The notes under the pieces: generated by a model | Told to the model about the DNA's origin: nothing | The model's input: only the letters and a program-made list of their open reading frames with translations | Database searches by the model: none | In this document: one piece after another, positions 25,028-37,446 of the stretch | Position numbering within the stretch: the first letter of the stretch is position 1 | Layout: every line of letters begins with the position of its first letter | Source of the DNA: Lophium mytilinum | Lineage: Eukaryota | NCBI GenBank assembly: GCA_010093605.1 | Contig: MU004181.1 | Location: 124,001 to 188,000, forward strand | Direction of reading: 5' to 3' | DNA: 64,000 nt | Program-made: the position numbers and the translations under genes

Positions 25028-26929
25028 GCATTTTGGAGTCTTCTGGGCTGGCTTGTTTTTCGCAAAGGGCCGCGTGCTGGGGTATGGCAAAGTGAGGGTT
25101 ATGAAAACGTTTTCGGAGAGGGTCATGGGTGCGTATTGCTCTTTTTATTAAGTTAATGAAGGGTTTACCCGTTGCGGCCAATCTTTTGAAGAAGTATTTA
25201 TAGTAAACATGGTCATCAGTAATAGCATAAGATGAAGCACCTCCCACAGCATGCCAGGAATCCGTTATCTACAACTATCTTTTCGCGAACGATATAGCCC
25301 CAACCAAGCTTACACCGGAACATGCTTCCTGTACCTCCAAAGCCTCTGAGCTAGCTATATATATGAGCCAGAAACTGACTCCGGCCCCGATACCAGATTG
25401 GAAACAGCAAAGAGAATGGAGACTGACATCGCTGCAGACGCCAATAACACATAGCGAATCGGTGTTGCTCTGTTCGGAGTACGAGACGACGTCTGCCGTG
25501 TGGGTTGCAGCGGAGACTTTGCTGAGCGGGACGTTGTCGTCTAGAATAGCAACTGTGATGTTGTAATCCTCCCAGATGACGGCGACTTTGATAGTCTTTC
25601 CAGCCACGGGAAGGAAGTAGCTGGAGTCGTCTCACTCTAGACTGCCCTGACGATGTGGTTTCGATGGCAGACGGTCATCGAGGAAGGCGGTCGTACTGGG
25701 GTAATCTCCGTAGGGGCTCGAAATAGAAACTATCCGCAGAGGACGTGTCTTTGACCGGCCGCCGCGTGAAGGCATTTAGCCCGCCGCGTAAAGGCATTTA
25801 GCCCTCGTTGCCCGTGGTATCGATCCTTTCCTGCAAACTAGGTCTCTCCTTTTTCTCTCTATGGATGGGTGTTGCCACGTGCTAGCATATAGTTACGAGC
25901 GAGAAGAGAACACAATCTTCTTGACTGACTCCTCCGGCGAACGTCTTCGATGGGCGCTTCACGAATATAGACCCAGGGATCGATCCAGCAGGAGCAATTG
26001 TCATGGCACCGAAGGAAAAAGGAGACGGTGGTCCACCACTATGTATGCGGTTTGGGCACCAAGAACTCATGCGGCTTCCCTTTCTCCTTCGGATCCAAAG
26101 TTCATGGTCAACAGAAGTGAGAGCTCTTTCGTCTTGACCGGCTTAGTGACGTACGAGTTGAACCCAGCCAGCACAAAGCAATTGCCTCTATGCCTCACGT
26201 TCAGATATGACACGTTTGGTATTCTGAACACAGAGCTGGCGGTCTTGGACCAAGGTCCTCGGAGTTTCGAAAAGGACTTGGGCGGCACGGAGGACGGCAT
26301 TGAGTGTCCTCGAAAGCAGGAGGAAGAAGGCGACAATGACCACATAACGTAGTCCTCATGGCTTAGTCGATGAAAGAAGTCGGTTATGCCCTTTTGTCCT
26401 TCGCTGGTATGGCACGTTTCGGATCGATCTAGTGGACCAGTCAGCATGATTTATAAGAACCTAGACAGTTTGGGCTCTCACAATCTTGCCGTCAAGACAG
26501 TGCGCCGTCACTATTAGGGCGTTGACACACTCAGTACACCGAGAACCATTTCTCTCCAAAGTTTTATGGCCAGGCCGAAAAATGTGCTGAACGCGAGCGA
26601 TCATACGAACTTGACTTCGGAAATGCAGACAGTGACCTGCGTCTGGCCAAGGAAGGCAGATTCTGACCAGCGAAGCAGAAGGGCTGCACGGTATGCTGCC
26701 TACTCGAGAAAATCAGGGCTCCGGCGCCGGAGAAAGGGAAGGTTCTGTAGCTCGCGACGGACGACGCAGGTGATTCGAGGACGACCTATGGCAGGTCCGT
26801 TGTCGGATGCGTGGCCGGCGAAAATCTTCGAAGCGTACTCTGACATTGCATTATCTAGCCGGGACTCGCTAGATCCACTTGCCAGTGGGCACTTAACGCC
26901 CAAAGGCGCTTCTTTCGTCCCGGTGTGTG

Positions 26930-27120
26930 TCGTCAAAAGCTCCTCTTGATCCCCGCTCTCCCGAGCACAGGCCTCCTCAAGACGGGTCGAAGAAGCCGCC
27001 TCTCACGTTCTGCCGCTGCTGGATCAGAGCTGCCAGATCGCCCAATCCATCGTCTATCGATGCGGTCGCCCCCTTCTTCTTAGCCTGGTCATCTTCCACC
27101 TCGTGCGCATCCTTCCCCAG
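26930..27120 (-). pseudogene. Fragment resembling the C-terminus of DNAJC9-like J-proteins
   Basis: DDGLGDLAALIQQRQNVRGGFFD[frameshift]RLEE resembles the LAALIQQRQ..R..FFD.LE motif of fungal DNAJC9-type proteins. No J-domain (HPD) was found nearby. Confidence 0.5.
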
Positions 27121-27343
27121 ACTTCTGTTGGATAGGAAGTAGCTTTGGCGGCATCTGTAACATCCTATTGAACTTCGAGCATTGTGATGGAACCGGACTG
27201 AGAAGGAAGGAGTAGCAGGACGTAGGGTCTGATCGTGTGGGGGCAAACCTTGCGGCTGCGAGGAGATTTTGTGCCCGGTAGGGAGCTTGTCGTGACGAGA
27301 GTATCCTTCACATGGCCAAGTGCTGCTTCGTCCCTGGATGTCG

Positions 27344-28860
27344 TCAGTCAGCTAAGCGAAAGACTTTAGACGCAGGTGTGAACATACGTCGGCGGTCCCG
27401 CGGCGACGGCGAGCAGTGGGCGGAGATAGTAAGCAGATGCGCCATCGGATATGGTTGGTATGGGACCCCACTCTGGGGATGAATCAGCGCATATTGAGCG
27501 GCCATGATGGCGTTCTGAGCATCGTAGAGAGCGTCTAGAGTAGATTGAACTGTGACCGCGGGCGGGCGTCTGCAGTCCATATAGGAAGTCATTGGCGGGG
27601 CAAACGACTGCTGCGAAATCGGGATTGCGCGAGCTAGGGTAACGTGGCAGAGGTTGAACTGGAGCGTTGTGACCTTCTTGACGACGCTACTGCTTTTCGC
27701 CGTGTTCTGGGTACACACGTGCGCGTTCGTAGGCGTTTTCCTTCTGTCGCACTTCGAGATCTTGCTCATCTCTTAAGAGCTGCGAGTGTTTGACTTCCAA
27801 GGCGTCGAGCTGGCTTTGCAGATGTTTCGCCTCTTCTATAGCGTCGGCCTCCATGTTGAGCGCTAGGAGGCGGTCATAAGATGGTGGGGGCGGTGATGGA
27901 GCAGACTGGACGGGGAGATAATTGCGCCAGCTGGACTCTTCAACTACGGTGGTGTTGCTAGAGTCATCGGTGCGGACGAGGGAGCTGATGCGACGAACGA
28001 CGGGAGAGCTGGTACTGCATCGGGTGCGGACAGGGAACAGTCGTCACACGATAGAGGCAGAGATGGAGCGTTGTGATCTTCGTAACCATGTCACTGCTTT
28101 CGCCGTGTCCTGGGTACAGGTGGTCATAGGACGGCGGAGGCGGCGATGGAGCAGACAGGAGCGGTAGAAAGTTGCGCCAGCTGGGCTCGCCAACTGCGGT
28201 GGCATTGCTAGAGTCAGCCTCGGTGCGTAGCGGGACCCGCATCCTGCGAGAGAAAATGATCGCAGACCTCAGATGTGCACTTCGAGAAATCGTCTACGAG
28301 CTTGTTGTCATCATACACGTTCGACATCATACTCAAAGTCCCCGGCGCATTGCCAAGCCGCTTCTCCAAGACTTCCGTTCGAGTTTCGGGTTTTACGCCT
28401 TGGGCAGTGATCTTGCGAGCTCGAATCCAGGCTGTTAGATCTCATTACCGACTCAATTGCGAGGAAGTCAACATTCCCTCATAAGCGGTGCATATCCTGA
28501 GATTCCCTATGTAAGATTTCTTGGAGTGTGCTGGTCGCAGTTTGACACATCTGAATCCGCTCTGGAAGAGATCGATAATGCGAGGGATGAGGCAGCTGAT
28601 GTGACGAGCGACGGGAAGACTGGTATAATCAAAGTGCCAGGAGAGCTGCGGCGAGCGTGACGCGGGGTTTGTACCATAGTCTTTCGCGCGGTAGATCTTC
28701 CCAGGACGGGAGTTGACAGCGGGAGAAGCGAGCTTGGACATGAAGATTTCGTCGGTGGGTGGAACGTCTGGCGGACTGAGGGACGTGGCCCAGGTAGGTG
28801 TTGGAAAGGCAGAAGAAGTACGTTGCATTTGTTGGGGAGAAAGGTGGTATCCAGCCATGA
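27344..28860 (-). pseudogene. Fragmented unknown gene with internal duplications
   Basis: Several short minus-strand ORFs. Duplicated segments 27661-27715 ~ 28065-28118 and 27868-27975 ~ 28119-28227. Confidence 0.3.
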
Positions 28861-29898
28861 TGGAAGCAAGCAGGTAGGGCGTTTAGTGTGGGTTGAGAAG
28901 GACGCAAGTGACGCTGAGCGCGCAAGCGTTGCGCATCGGCCGTGAGCCTGTTCGATATATAATCCATGGCCGGGAGGGGATATAGACCGTAATGGGAGAC
29001 ATCTAATCCAGTGCTGTTCTAGGGGCGACTTGATAGCTAGGTATGTTGACCATCGTGGGAGCTTCGAAGCTGCGCCGATTCGCAATAACTATCGTAGCAG
29101 GAAGCTGTTGGCGGGAGTTCTTCATGCGGCGGCCATGATGCTTCGACGAGTATGCGCTCTGGGTCCGTCGACGGCGAGGGGCGAGGCTGGCATGGGGAGC
29201 CAGGGCTTCAGGCTGCTCCAGAGTCGACTGTTCCTTACAGGGCGGAGGAGGAGGATTCTGCTTCGGCCGGTTTACGACCACTCGTGGGGCAGGCGAGCTA
29301 CTCTGGAGACATTCGCGCGGCTGTCAATAGAGGACGCTCGCGCGGCGGTTAGGGTGTCGATGGCGTGGTTCTACGAGAGAGATCGAAGACGAGGGTATCG
29401 CAGCTGGTGATGGAGGTACGGCGAATAGTGAAGGTGTTGTTTCGAGTGGGGTGTAAAGTTTGCGGAGGAGCAGGTCAAAGCAAAATGTGTGACGTAGCTT
29501 GTAGGAGACCCTCGCCAGAGCCGAGAAGTGCGTCTGCAAAGTGTAGCTAAGAGCATAGTGGGGGGTCATTGCTAGAACTGTCAGGCTTGAGGTCGGAGAC
29601 ATAGACGGGCAACTGCTAGGTATGGTGAAGGTGTACCGCAAGAAATAAATGCGTTGAGGGCTTTAATGGTGGAGAGCGGCCACAGGGTCCATCTCGGAGA
29701 CGTTTCCTGAACCTCATCGTCGGCAGTGCAGCCGCAGGGTCTCAAAAGAGCCACAAATATCTACAAGACAGTAGGAGTAGCCTTGCGAGACACTCTCAAA
29801 TCCCCTAGGTGACCGTAGGCAAAAATGAAAGCCCACTGCCGCCAACAGAGCGAACACAAGTACATATAAATAGACCCCCAAAGCAAAAGAAGAAGTCT

Positions 29899-29971
29899 TA
29901 GCGCAAGAAGGACTCGAACCCCCATCTTCCTCTGCCAGCAGAGGATATGTTTCCATTCACACCATTGCGCC
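29899..29971 (-). tRNA. tRNA-like gene (73 nt) with non-canonical 8-nt anticodon loop; no amino-acid assignment
   Basis: GGCGCAA TG GTGT-GAATGGAA-ACAT A TCCTC-TGCTGGCA-GAGGA AGAT GGGGG-TTCGAGT-CCTTC TTGCGCT A, with a T-run downstream at 29885-29888. Confidence 0.7.
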
Positions 29972-30240
29972 TTGTGATTGATTTTGAGATTTGCTCAAAA
30001 TAAAAACATTACCTACCCTAGCAGATCGAGACCCAGATAGGCAGATAGCAAGAATAAGTGGCAGAGCGGGCCCACCCTATCACTCCACGTCACGGCCACT
30101 GCCTCACGCCAGTGGTCGGCTCACGATGTGCATCTTTTTGCATCCTTTTCCGCGTTTTGCAGCTCAACGCCCACACCACGGGGTGTTGCACTTCAAGAAT
30201 TAGCCTGCGGGTATCTCACAGTAGTACTGCAAGCATGAAC

Positions 30241-30303
30241 AAAAAAGATTAGTCGATGTTCTCGACGACTTCTACGTAAATAGAAGTCGTCGAGAATATC
30301 GAC
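30241..30303 (-). ncRNA. 23-bp hairpin in the 3' trailer of the tRNA-like gene, followed by a T6 terminator
   Basis: Arms 30252-30274 and 30281-30303 are 22/23 complementary around a 6-nt loop. The hairpin starts 2 nt after the discriminator. A6 on the + strand at 30241-30246. Confidence 0.7.
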
Positions 30304-30305
30304 GA

Positions 30306-30381
30306 TGGCGAGGCACGGAATCGAGCCATGGGCTCTGATGCTAGAGACTAGATCTGCGTGTTACTACTACACCACATCGCC
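30306..30381 (-). tRNA. tRNA-like gene (76 nt) with aberrant 12-nt anticodon loop
   Basis: GGCGATG TG GTGT-AGTAGTA-ACAC G CAGAT-CTAGTCTCTAGC-ATCAG AGCC CATGG-CTCGATT-CCGTG CCTCGCC A. One acceptor-stem mismatch; T54 is replaced by C. Confidence 0.65.
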
Positions 30382-31214
30382 TTTTGATTTGACTCTCAGC
30401 CAAATAAGACTGAACATATACCTTGATGAATGAAAGGATACATTAGCGACTGCAAGTGAAAGTAGTGGGATGAGATGGCCCAGAGCCTGGGAGGGCTGGC
30501 AGGGGTGAGACGCAGGGCCACTTTCACTTCGGTGAAACGGGCTTAGTGCGTGATCGTGGCCATCACGTCTCCGACTGCATTCACGTCACCGACTGCATCT
30601 ATTGCTACGTGTATGTAAGGCTGTAGAGGTGTCGACATGCTACGGCTTCTCGTCTCATTTCACAGTCAGGCCGCTAGAGGAGACGCACGTCGAACAAAGC
30701 GCGTATCTTAGTGCTCCGGCATAGCATTCATGCATGAAGACCTAGAGGGTCGTACCTATGGACACGTGGGGAAGCGTCTCTACTTGGGGCCATAGAAAAT
30801 ATATCAACAACAACTAGCAACCGTCATTGCTTCATTATGGAATGAAGACGGTCACGACAAGTCCCATGTGTAGGAGATTTTGCATTTACTAGTAACGGGT
30901 TTAGTGTCTATGGAGAAAAGAGCTTCATGCTTCCACGCCGGTAGTTTCAAGAAAAGCACTATAAAAACAACACCCACAGCTGAACCGATATAGAACTCAT
31001 GCTTCACTTCGGAAGAAGCCAGGCCAGCAATACTAGGTTCTTTGCAGTAATGATCCTTCGCATGAAGCCCATGCGACATCGCCTACCTTAATAATCAAAT
31101 AACCAGAGCAGTGCTTCTTCTGCAATCTCTAGACACTGTCCCGATCGTTTCACAAACCCGGTCTTCCCATTTGTTACCTTGACCGTAAAATCTACATGGG
31201 GCTTCCCCTTTTTT

Positions 31215-33015
31215 TCATGGTTTCTTGTACCATTGGAGAACCAAGGCTGTCTCCGCCGCTCGCTGCGCTTGTTCCGCGTGCCCATGAGACTTGAAGCTAT
31301 GGAGCTGGTGAGTAGAATCGTCCAGTAGGGGAGGGGTCGTATTGGCGGTGCTAGCGATCCCGCGATCTTCGACCGAGTCAGTCTGGGGCATGGCCTGGTA
31401 GTCGAGTTAGTTAGAAGAGAACTGCGGCTTGATGTATGCATCGCATGAAGCAACGCTGCCTACGCACCTGACTTGCAATACCTGCGGACGTGCTCAAAAT
31501 CCCATGTCCATCCCCTGAAATTCCCATCTGACCCCCTTCGCTTCGCAACTGCGCATTGCCCCGCACGTGTGCTCTTGATTGCAGAGCGCGCGGCCGGTCC
31601 ACATCTACGGTCAGATCATCCCCAGCTGCTTCAATCTCATCCCCGCGAGCTCCGTTGATGAGTGAACTATTACCATCGCCTGTTGGACCTGGAGCCCATG
31701 GGCGGCTCGCATCGTTGGTGTTCGTGTTTGGTAGGACGAAGTAGGATGGAGCTATTGTTGCGCCGGCGTTGGTGTGGTAGGGTGGTGCTCCACTCATTCC
31801 TCGCAGATGCCAAATGTAGCGCAGGGCCGAGGCTCGGAGGTCGTATTGTCCCAAGGGAGTGCTGTTGCTCGCAATGGCAGAGGGTAGAGGGGTGGAGCAG
31901 GGGGGCGCGTTTGTAGAAGTTTGCGCTTCTGTCAGGGGAGTGCCCTTTCCAGTGTTGGTGCTGTCGTCGGTATATGCGGTTTGATCAACAGACTCCCCTG
32001 AAAGATATGTCAAAGCTCCACGCGGCTCAGGACCTAACGTTCGGCTTCCTCCACCTTCCGATGGTCGCTGGGCCTCCCAAGAACCATCTGCGGTCTGCTT
32101 GAGACCATCTGCGGTCTGCCTGAGAGGTGTCATATTTTTCCGCTGCTGGGAAGGCCCTGGCAAACCGCCTAGAGAGACATCGCTACCATACTGGCTGAAA
32201 TCAGGGCTGGAGTCGTATGGAGAGCGATTCTGCCGAGTTGTGTAGTCTACGGCGTTCTCATGTGCTACCGGCAGGGACTCCATAACGTCGTCGTCTCCCT
32301 CGCGCTCTGACGGCACAGGCGTTGATTGGGAGGAAACTTGCGACACCAGGTCTCCATAATATCTAGCGAAGAACTTGGCGGGAGACATCGTCATGGTTAG
32401 GTGAGGAAGGCATTCCTTGTGCTCTACCGGTGGACGCGTTCTATCTGCAGCGCGCTCTTTGCCACATCTGCAAGTATAGTGTCCGACTCTGATGCCAGGA
32501 TGATACAGAGGTGGTGCGCAATCCTTATGCGACGACTTGTTATTGCTGCTTTCATGGCTCACCGTGAGCACAGCTCCGCAACCACAGACATATATTGGTT
32601 CTTTCCTAACTTTAGTAAGGTCGCATTCATTGTCCCACTTGTTGCAGTTGTCGCAACGTTCCTCGCCCGTCTGTACACAACGCGCTTTTTTGTGACGACA
32701 AGATAAACCTAGCCCCTTCAATTAGCTAGTGCATCATTCTGGAAAGAGGATACAGGACTCACATCTTAGTGTGGCGGGCGTGCCGAGCTGATTTCCCGCA
32801 GAAGTTGACCTTGATACAACAGTAGCGTGCCCATCTTGCGCGTTGTTGTTCACACTCTGCGCGGAGACAGTGCCGCTGGCCACATCGCTCTCATAGTCTG
32901 TAAGAGGTGACCCAGACGTGTCTGATGCTTCTGCGGACTCATGATTTTCCATCTTATCGGTGGCGTCCTTCTCGGGAATGTCATCGCCTAGCCCCCTCTT
33001 GCGCTTTGGCGGCAT
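31215..33015 (-). CDS. Zn(II)2Cys6 binuclear-cluster protein, 3 exons (33015-32763, 32708-31468, 31394-31215)
   Basis: Splicing GTGAGT..GCTAAT..TAG (32762-32709) gives CLSCRHKKARCVQTGEERCDNCNKWDNEC (Cx2Cx6Cx7Cx2Cx6C). N-terminal PPKRKR is NLS-like. The second intron GTGCGT..CTAAC..CAG (31467-31395) keeps the frame; the last exon is less certain. Confidence 0.8.
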
Positions 33016-33776
33016 CGCGAACTGGTATTTACTAGACGTGACCAGCGTTAGCTGTCTGTAGTGATAGGGGCGTACTGATGTAGTTAAGAGCGACCAAGGC
33101 CGAGGGCGAAACGCGAACCTCGCCAGTGTTGAATGAGGTCGCTGCATGAACGGGCAAAGCGAAGACCACGCGATGGCGAAGGGGCTTAGCACTTGCCTGT
33201 GGGATGCTATCTACTGGTCTAGCGAGCGCAGCTCGTAGTGCGACCTCGATGTGGGTCGTATCGCGGGTGGATGGGGTGGGGAGCGGGTGGAGAGCGGGAG
33301 CTTCCAGAGCAGCGGTTATGACAAGTGCTCCGCCTTTGGCTGTCCACGTGATAGCATTTTCCGACCTTAGGAACGAACGGCTGAGCCACCTCATACGGTA
33401 TCATCACCATGCCAGAATGCGACCGAAATGGGCCCAATACCAGTGCGCATTGCCTCAATGCGCGGAACTGACGTTCCTATCCCTAGGCCTCCTCCTTTAC
33501 CTCCAATTCAACACCGCGACACATCAATGAAGACGAATCTTTTCCAGCTCACCAAAGCGCTTCACGCAGCATCATCACAAAGTCAAGGGCCACCAAAACA
33601 CCGTTCAACTTCAAACCTCCATCCATGTCACCCTCAAAATCCCTCCCTCTGCCGCTTCCACACCCCTCCTCTGCAACCCCCGCATCACAGCACACCGGCC
33701 AGCCCCTTGCTCATGCGGCGCGAAGTCCGCAGCGCCCCCTGAGCTCTCCCACCTTCCCTCCTCTCCCACCCCCAAA

Positions 33777-34114
33777 TCAGAACATCTCCTCCAGCCCCTT
33801 GCTCATCCGCCGCACCACCCGCGGCACCCCGTCCCCCACCGTCACCGTCGTAACGGCAATGTCCTCGTCCTCCGTCGTTCCCCTTCCCAGGTGGATGGTC
33901 CTGGTCCTGCCCAGATTCAGGGCCGCCAGCAGCACCTCCTCCCTCTCCTCTCTCTCCCACAGTTGTGCGAGCTTCGACGTGTCAGCGAGTCAGCCAAAGA
34001 GGTGGAGCAATGGGGCTGGTATCGTACCTTAGTGCTGATGCGGTGGATCTTGCCCTTGAAACGCGCCCAAATGGCTGCGCGGAGGCCGAGGGTGTGGAGG
34101 TTGGTGCCGGGCAT
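33777..34114 (-). CDS. Small 93-aa hypothetical protein, 2 exons (34114-34028, 33971-33777)
   Basis: Intron GTACGA..GCTGAC..AAG (34027-33972) joins MPGTNLHTLG...ISTK to LAQLWERE...RRMSKGLEEMF*. TATAAA lies upstream at ~34270. Confidence 0.6.
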
Positions 34115-34449
34115 GCTGATGGATGGATGGATGATTGTTGGTTGTGGGGCTTCGAGGGTTGTGGATGTGGATGTGGATGTGGACTTGGATGTGGATTGTG
34201 TGATCAAGATGGATGTTGGTTTGTGAGGCTTTGGAAGATGGAGGTTGGAGGAAGGCAGGAATCAGGGTTTATATGGCACGGCTTTAGAGAGATGATAATG
34301 GCTATTCAAGGTGAAGTTGCATGAAACAATGGCACCCGGTTAACTTCACTGTTGCGAGGACTGGGTCAAGCGACTGAGCCGGAGGGCCCGATTTTCACTT
34401 AGATAGATCCGGGTACAGCCACCGGTAGCCACTACAGACGTTGCTACCC

Positions 34450-35085
34450 GATCGACGTTTTGTGAAGCTATGAGTTAGAGGCAAAGATGGAGGATGCGAA
34501 ATAGGGGTTGTCTCAGGGTGTTGGATCTTATACTACCTCCTACCTTCAATCTAGAACTGCATGAAAGCACAATCGGGGGAAGAATACTTACAGGCGCCAA
34601 GCCGCCTCATGCATTGTCACTACGAAGTCGAACGTTGGGAAAAACGGTTCTAATCCGAATGCTCTACTTTTCACAACCAAGAAACCACCCCCATCCCGCA
34701 TCCTTCTTCCAACCTGTCTATATGTGGCCACCATCACCGCCAGTTGAGCTAAGAATAGTCCGGCTCGACCGGCCGCCTCATGCAGTATCACCACAAAGCC
34801 AATAGCGATTGTAAAACGTTCCAATTTAGCCTGCTGTAACATGCGCCACCCTCAGACAACCCCTATTTTGCCTTCCTCGTCTCGGCCACCAACTCATAAG
34901 GTCATGGAAAGTCGATTCAACTTAGTATTTTAAGCTTCATTAGCCCGCCTCATGCAACGCCGTCATGGTGCCAGGAGGATGTAGGATGTGGTTTGTATTT
35001 AGGTCACAGAGTATATGAAATTTGGTTTGGAGCGGTTCTCGGTAGGCTTTGATTCCGTCACTATAGTGCATGATGTAGCTTGGGT
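34450..35085. repeat. ~171-bp degenerate repeat in direct and inverted orientation
   Basis: CCGCCTCATGCA at ~34602, 34773 and 34945. 34451-34520 is an inverted match to 34847-34916, and 35020-35083 is an inverted match to 34598-34660. Confidence 0.7.
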
Positions 35086-36264
35086 AAGAACACTACGGGC
35101 TCAATCAGAGGCCACCGGACTCCGCCTTCTCGCCGTTATCAAGAGACTCTTTCTCGAAATCTCGAGAGAACAGCGAATCGTAGTCATACCCGTCCGTCGT
35201 CCATGCTGTCCATTCCCTGCGCCAAACCAGTGCTAACACTCGCTTCCAGGGCGCACTTCTCGCACTGATGATCCTCTTCGAACGCCGTTTCGGGTAGGTC
35301 TCCCTGGCGGTGGATGAGAAACGCAGGAAGATTGTCATGTCCACCGCCCAAATTTCTCGTCAAGTTCGGGAAGCGGTACGCAGCTGCAGGCGATGGTTAG
35401 CCCATTTGGAGCATCTACCGTGGTGCTCCCTGTGCCTATGGTAGTAGATGGTGCCAGGCGCCTAGTGCTCGATCGAGTTCGGTAGGTTGGGCCCATCTAA
35501 CGATTTCGCTGGCAGGTACGAAAATGGTTGAGAAAGCACGATTTCCAGCCTCGTCAAGTGAACTCACCTCGACGGTGTACATCCTGGGTACTGGAAAGGC
35601 AGCTGGGCGTGTGCTGTCGTCGATGCGTGCGCGCAGGTCTCAGCCGATGGGAGAATACCAAAAGGGAGCATATACGAACCGGCGCGTGTTGTTGGATGTA
35701 CCGTAGGCTGACGGATTGGGTATAGCGGAGGGCAACCTGGGCATTAGACTATCATGGCGTGCTTCTGTGGCGTCCGGCGTCTGAGTATATGAGAGACAAC
35801 TGGTAGAGGATTGACCGCCCTGAGGAGAAAAGGGGCCATATGTTTGCAAGAAGGGGTTGTCGGAGACGGGGAATGCTGCGAGTAGCGCTCCATCTTGGTG
35901 CTTCTGAATTAGCATGGTTTGCTCCCGCGAGGTGATTGCTCTCAGTCGCCCACACTGTCAGACTGGGCCCATCCCCGGCTTGGTGGGCTGCTTTGCGCGC
36001 CATTACTGGAAGCTGTGCTGCCAAATCGACCAGCGCAAAGGGTGGTCGCGGCGGCGTTGAGGAAAAGATTCCTGATCAGCGCAATGCAGCCTTCCTTACG
36101 GATGGATGCTTTATGGGTATGTGGAATTGAAGAGGGGCGCATTGGCGGGAGCATCGAGCGGCGAGCGAAGCCAATGAGCACCTCCGCCGTGGCTCCTTCG
36201 CTCCGCCTTCACGTGACGTTCGATCCTAGAACCGAGATAGGCGGAAATGATGATTATTGGGCAG

Positions 36265-37110
36265 CATTTGCATTTGGGTCACAATGTGAGCTTGCAGTGA
36301 CGACGTGTATGTCTATGCGCACCTTTTGCCGCTGCTAGGGGTGCCCCCATAGCTTTTCCATAATAAAGAAGCCACGTCTTGTTCCATATCGTGAAACTTG
36401 AACTGCCTTTTGACTAGCTAGCTCTCTAGTTTCTAGGGCACTCCTGACGGTGGTATCTAGCTTCCGAAAGGGATGCGAAAGGAATTGGGCTTCAAGGCTA
36501 GAAAAATGTTTGTCCGAAAGCATTTGCATATGGGTCACAATGGGAGCTTCTAGCGATATTCCATCGGTTTCTGCACACCTTTTACTCCTGCTAGAAGTGT
36601 CCCTTTAGCTTTTTAATAATCTAGAAACCATGTTCTGTTCTACACAGTAGACTCTAGGCTGCCTTTTGACAGGCTAGCTTTCTAGTCGCTAGGTACTCCT
36701 GACGGTGGTGTTTAGCATCTAAAGGTGATGCTAAAGGGATGGGACTTGGGCGCTTAGATCCACGGCGTTGAATTTGCTGCTGATAGAAGTACTACTATAG
36801 CTTTTCCAAAATCTGGAAGCTATGTCCTGTTTCATACAGTGGAATTTGGACTGCCTTTTGACTGGGTAGCTTTCAGGTCGCCAGGGTACTGCTGACAGTG
36901 GCGTCTAGCTTCCAAAGTGGATACGCAAGGAGTGTGACTGGGATGCATAGATCTACGGCCTTGAATTAGCTGCTGCCAGAAGTGCCCCCATAGCTTTTCC
37001 AAAATCTACACACCATGTCATGTTCTATACCGTGGAATCTGCACAGCCTCTTGCCTAGCTAGCTTTCTATCCACCAGGGTGCTCCTGACAGTGGTATTTG
37101 GCTTCCAAAC
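36265..37110. repeat. Degenerate tandem repeat, 4 copies (spacings ~255, 193, 192 bp)
   Basis: TAGCTTTT..AA, CTGCCTTTTGAC..GCTAGCT and AGGG(C/T)ACTCCTGAC(G/A)GTGG-like motifs recur at ~36440, 36695, 36890 and 37082. Confidence 0.85.
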
Positions 37111-37446
37111 GTGATGCTCAAGAAGTCATATTCGTGTGCGTGGAGTGTAAAGTCACGCATTCAAGGGGGCATCGCTGCCTGCATGTTGGAGGTGTGGGCA
37201 TATGGTGCCCTCAAGCGCCTTTTTTGATGAAGAAGGAGATATACAGAAGAACGCCACTCTCACTGACATACCCACATCTTTCCGATACTACTAGTGATCT
37301 CACAATCCTTCCTTACGGCACAAACAGCCCGCAGAACCGCTTCCATCCCCACATCCTACAGGCTACTCCAACTTCCCCTAGTCAGACCGACATAACTTCC
37401 AGTAGTACGGGAACGATGGAGGGGAACAAGCGGCTCGTTGTTGCGC

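Noticed and set aside
25760..25803. ~22-bp direct duplication; also (GGATGT)n at 34160-34200
   Set aside because: Ordinary slippage-type repeats with no further structure.
30330..30356. Assigning Thr(AGT) or an amber-suppressor (CTA) identity to the second tRNA-like gene
   Set aside because: The loop is 12 nt, position 37 is not a purine for AGT, and CTA is not in the canonical register.
36265..37110. CRISPR array or coding repeat
   Set aside because: Eukaryotic context, long degenerate units with no unique spacers, no cas genes, and stops in the frames inspected.
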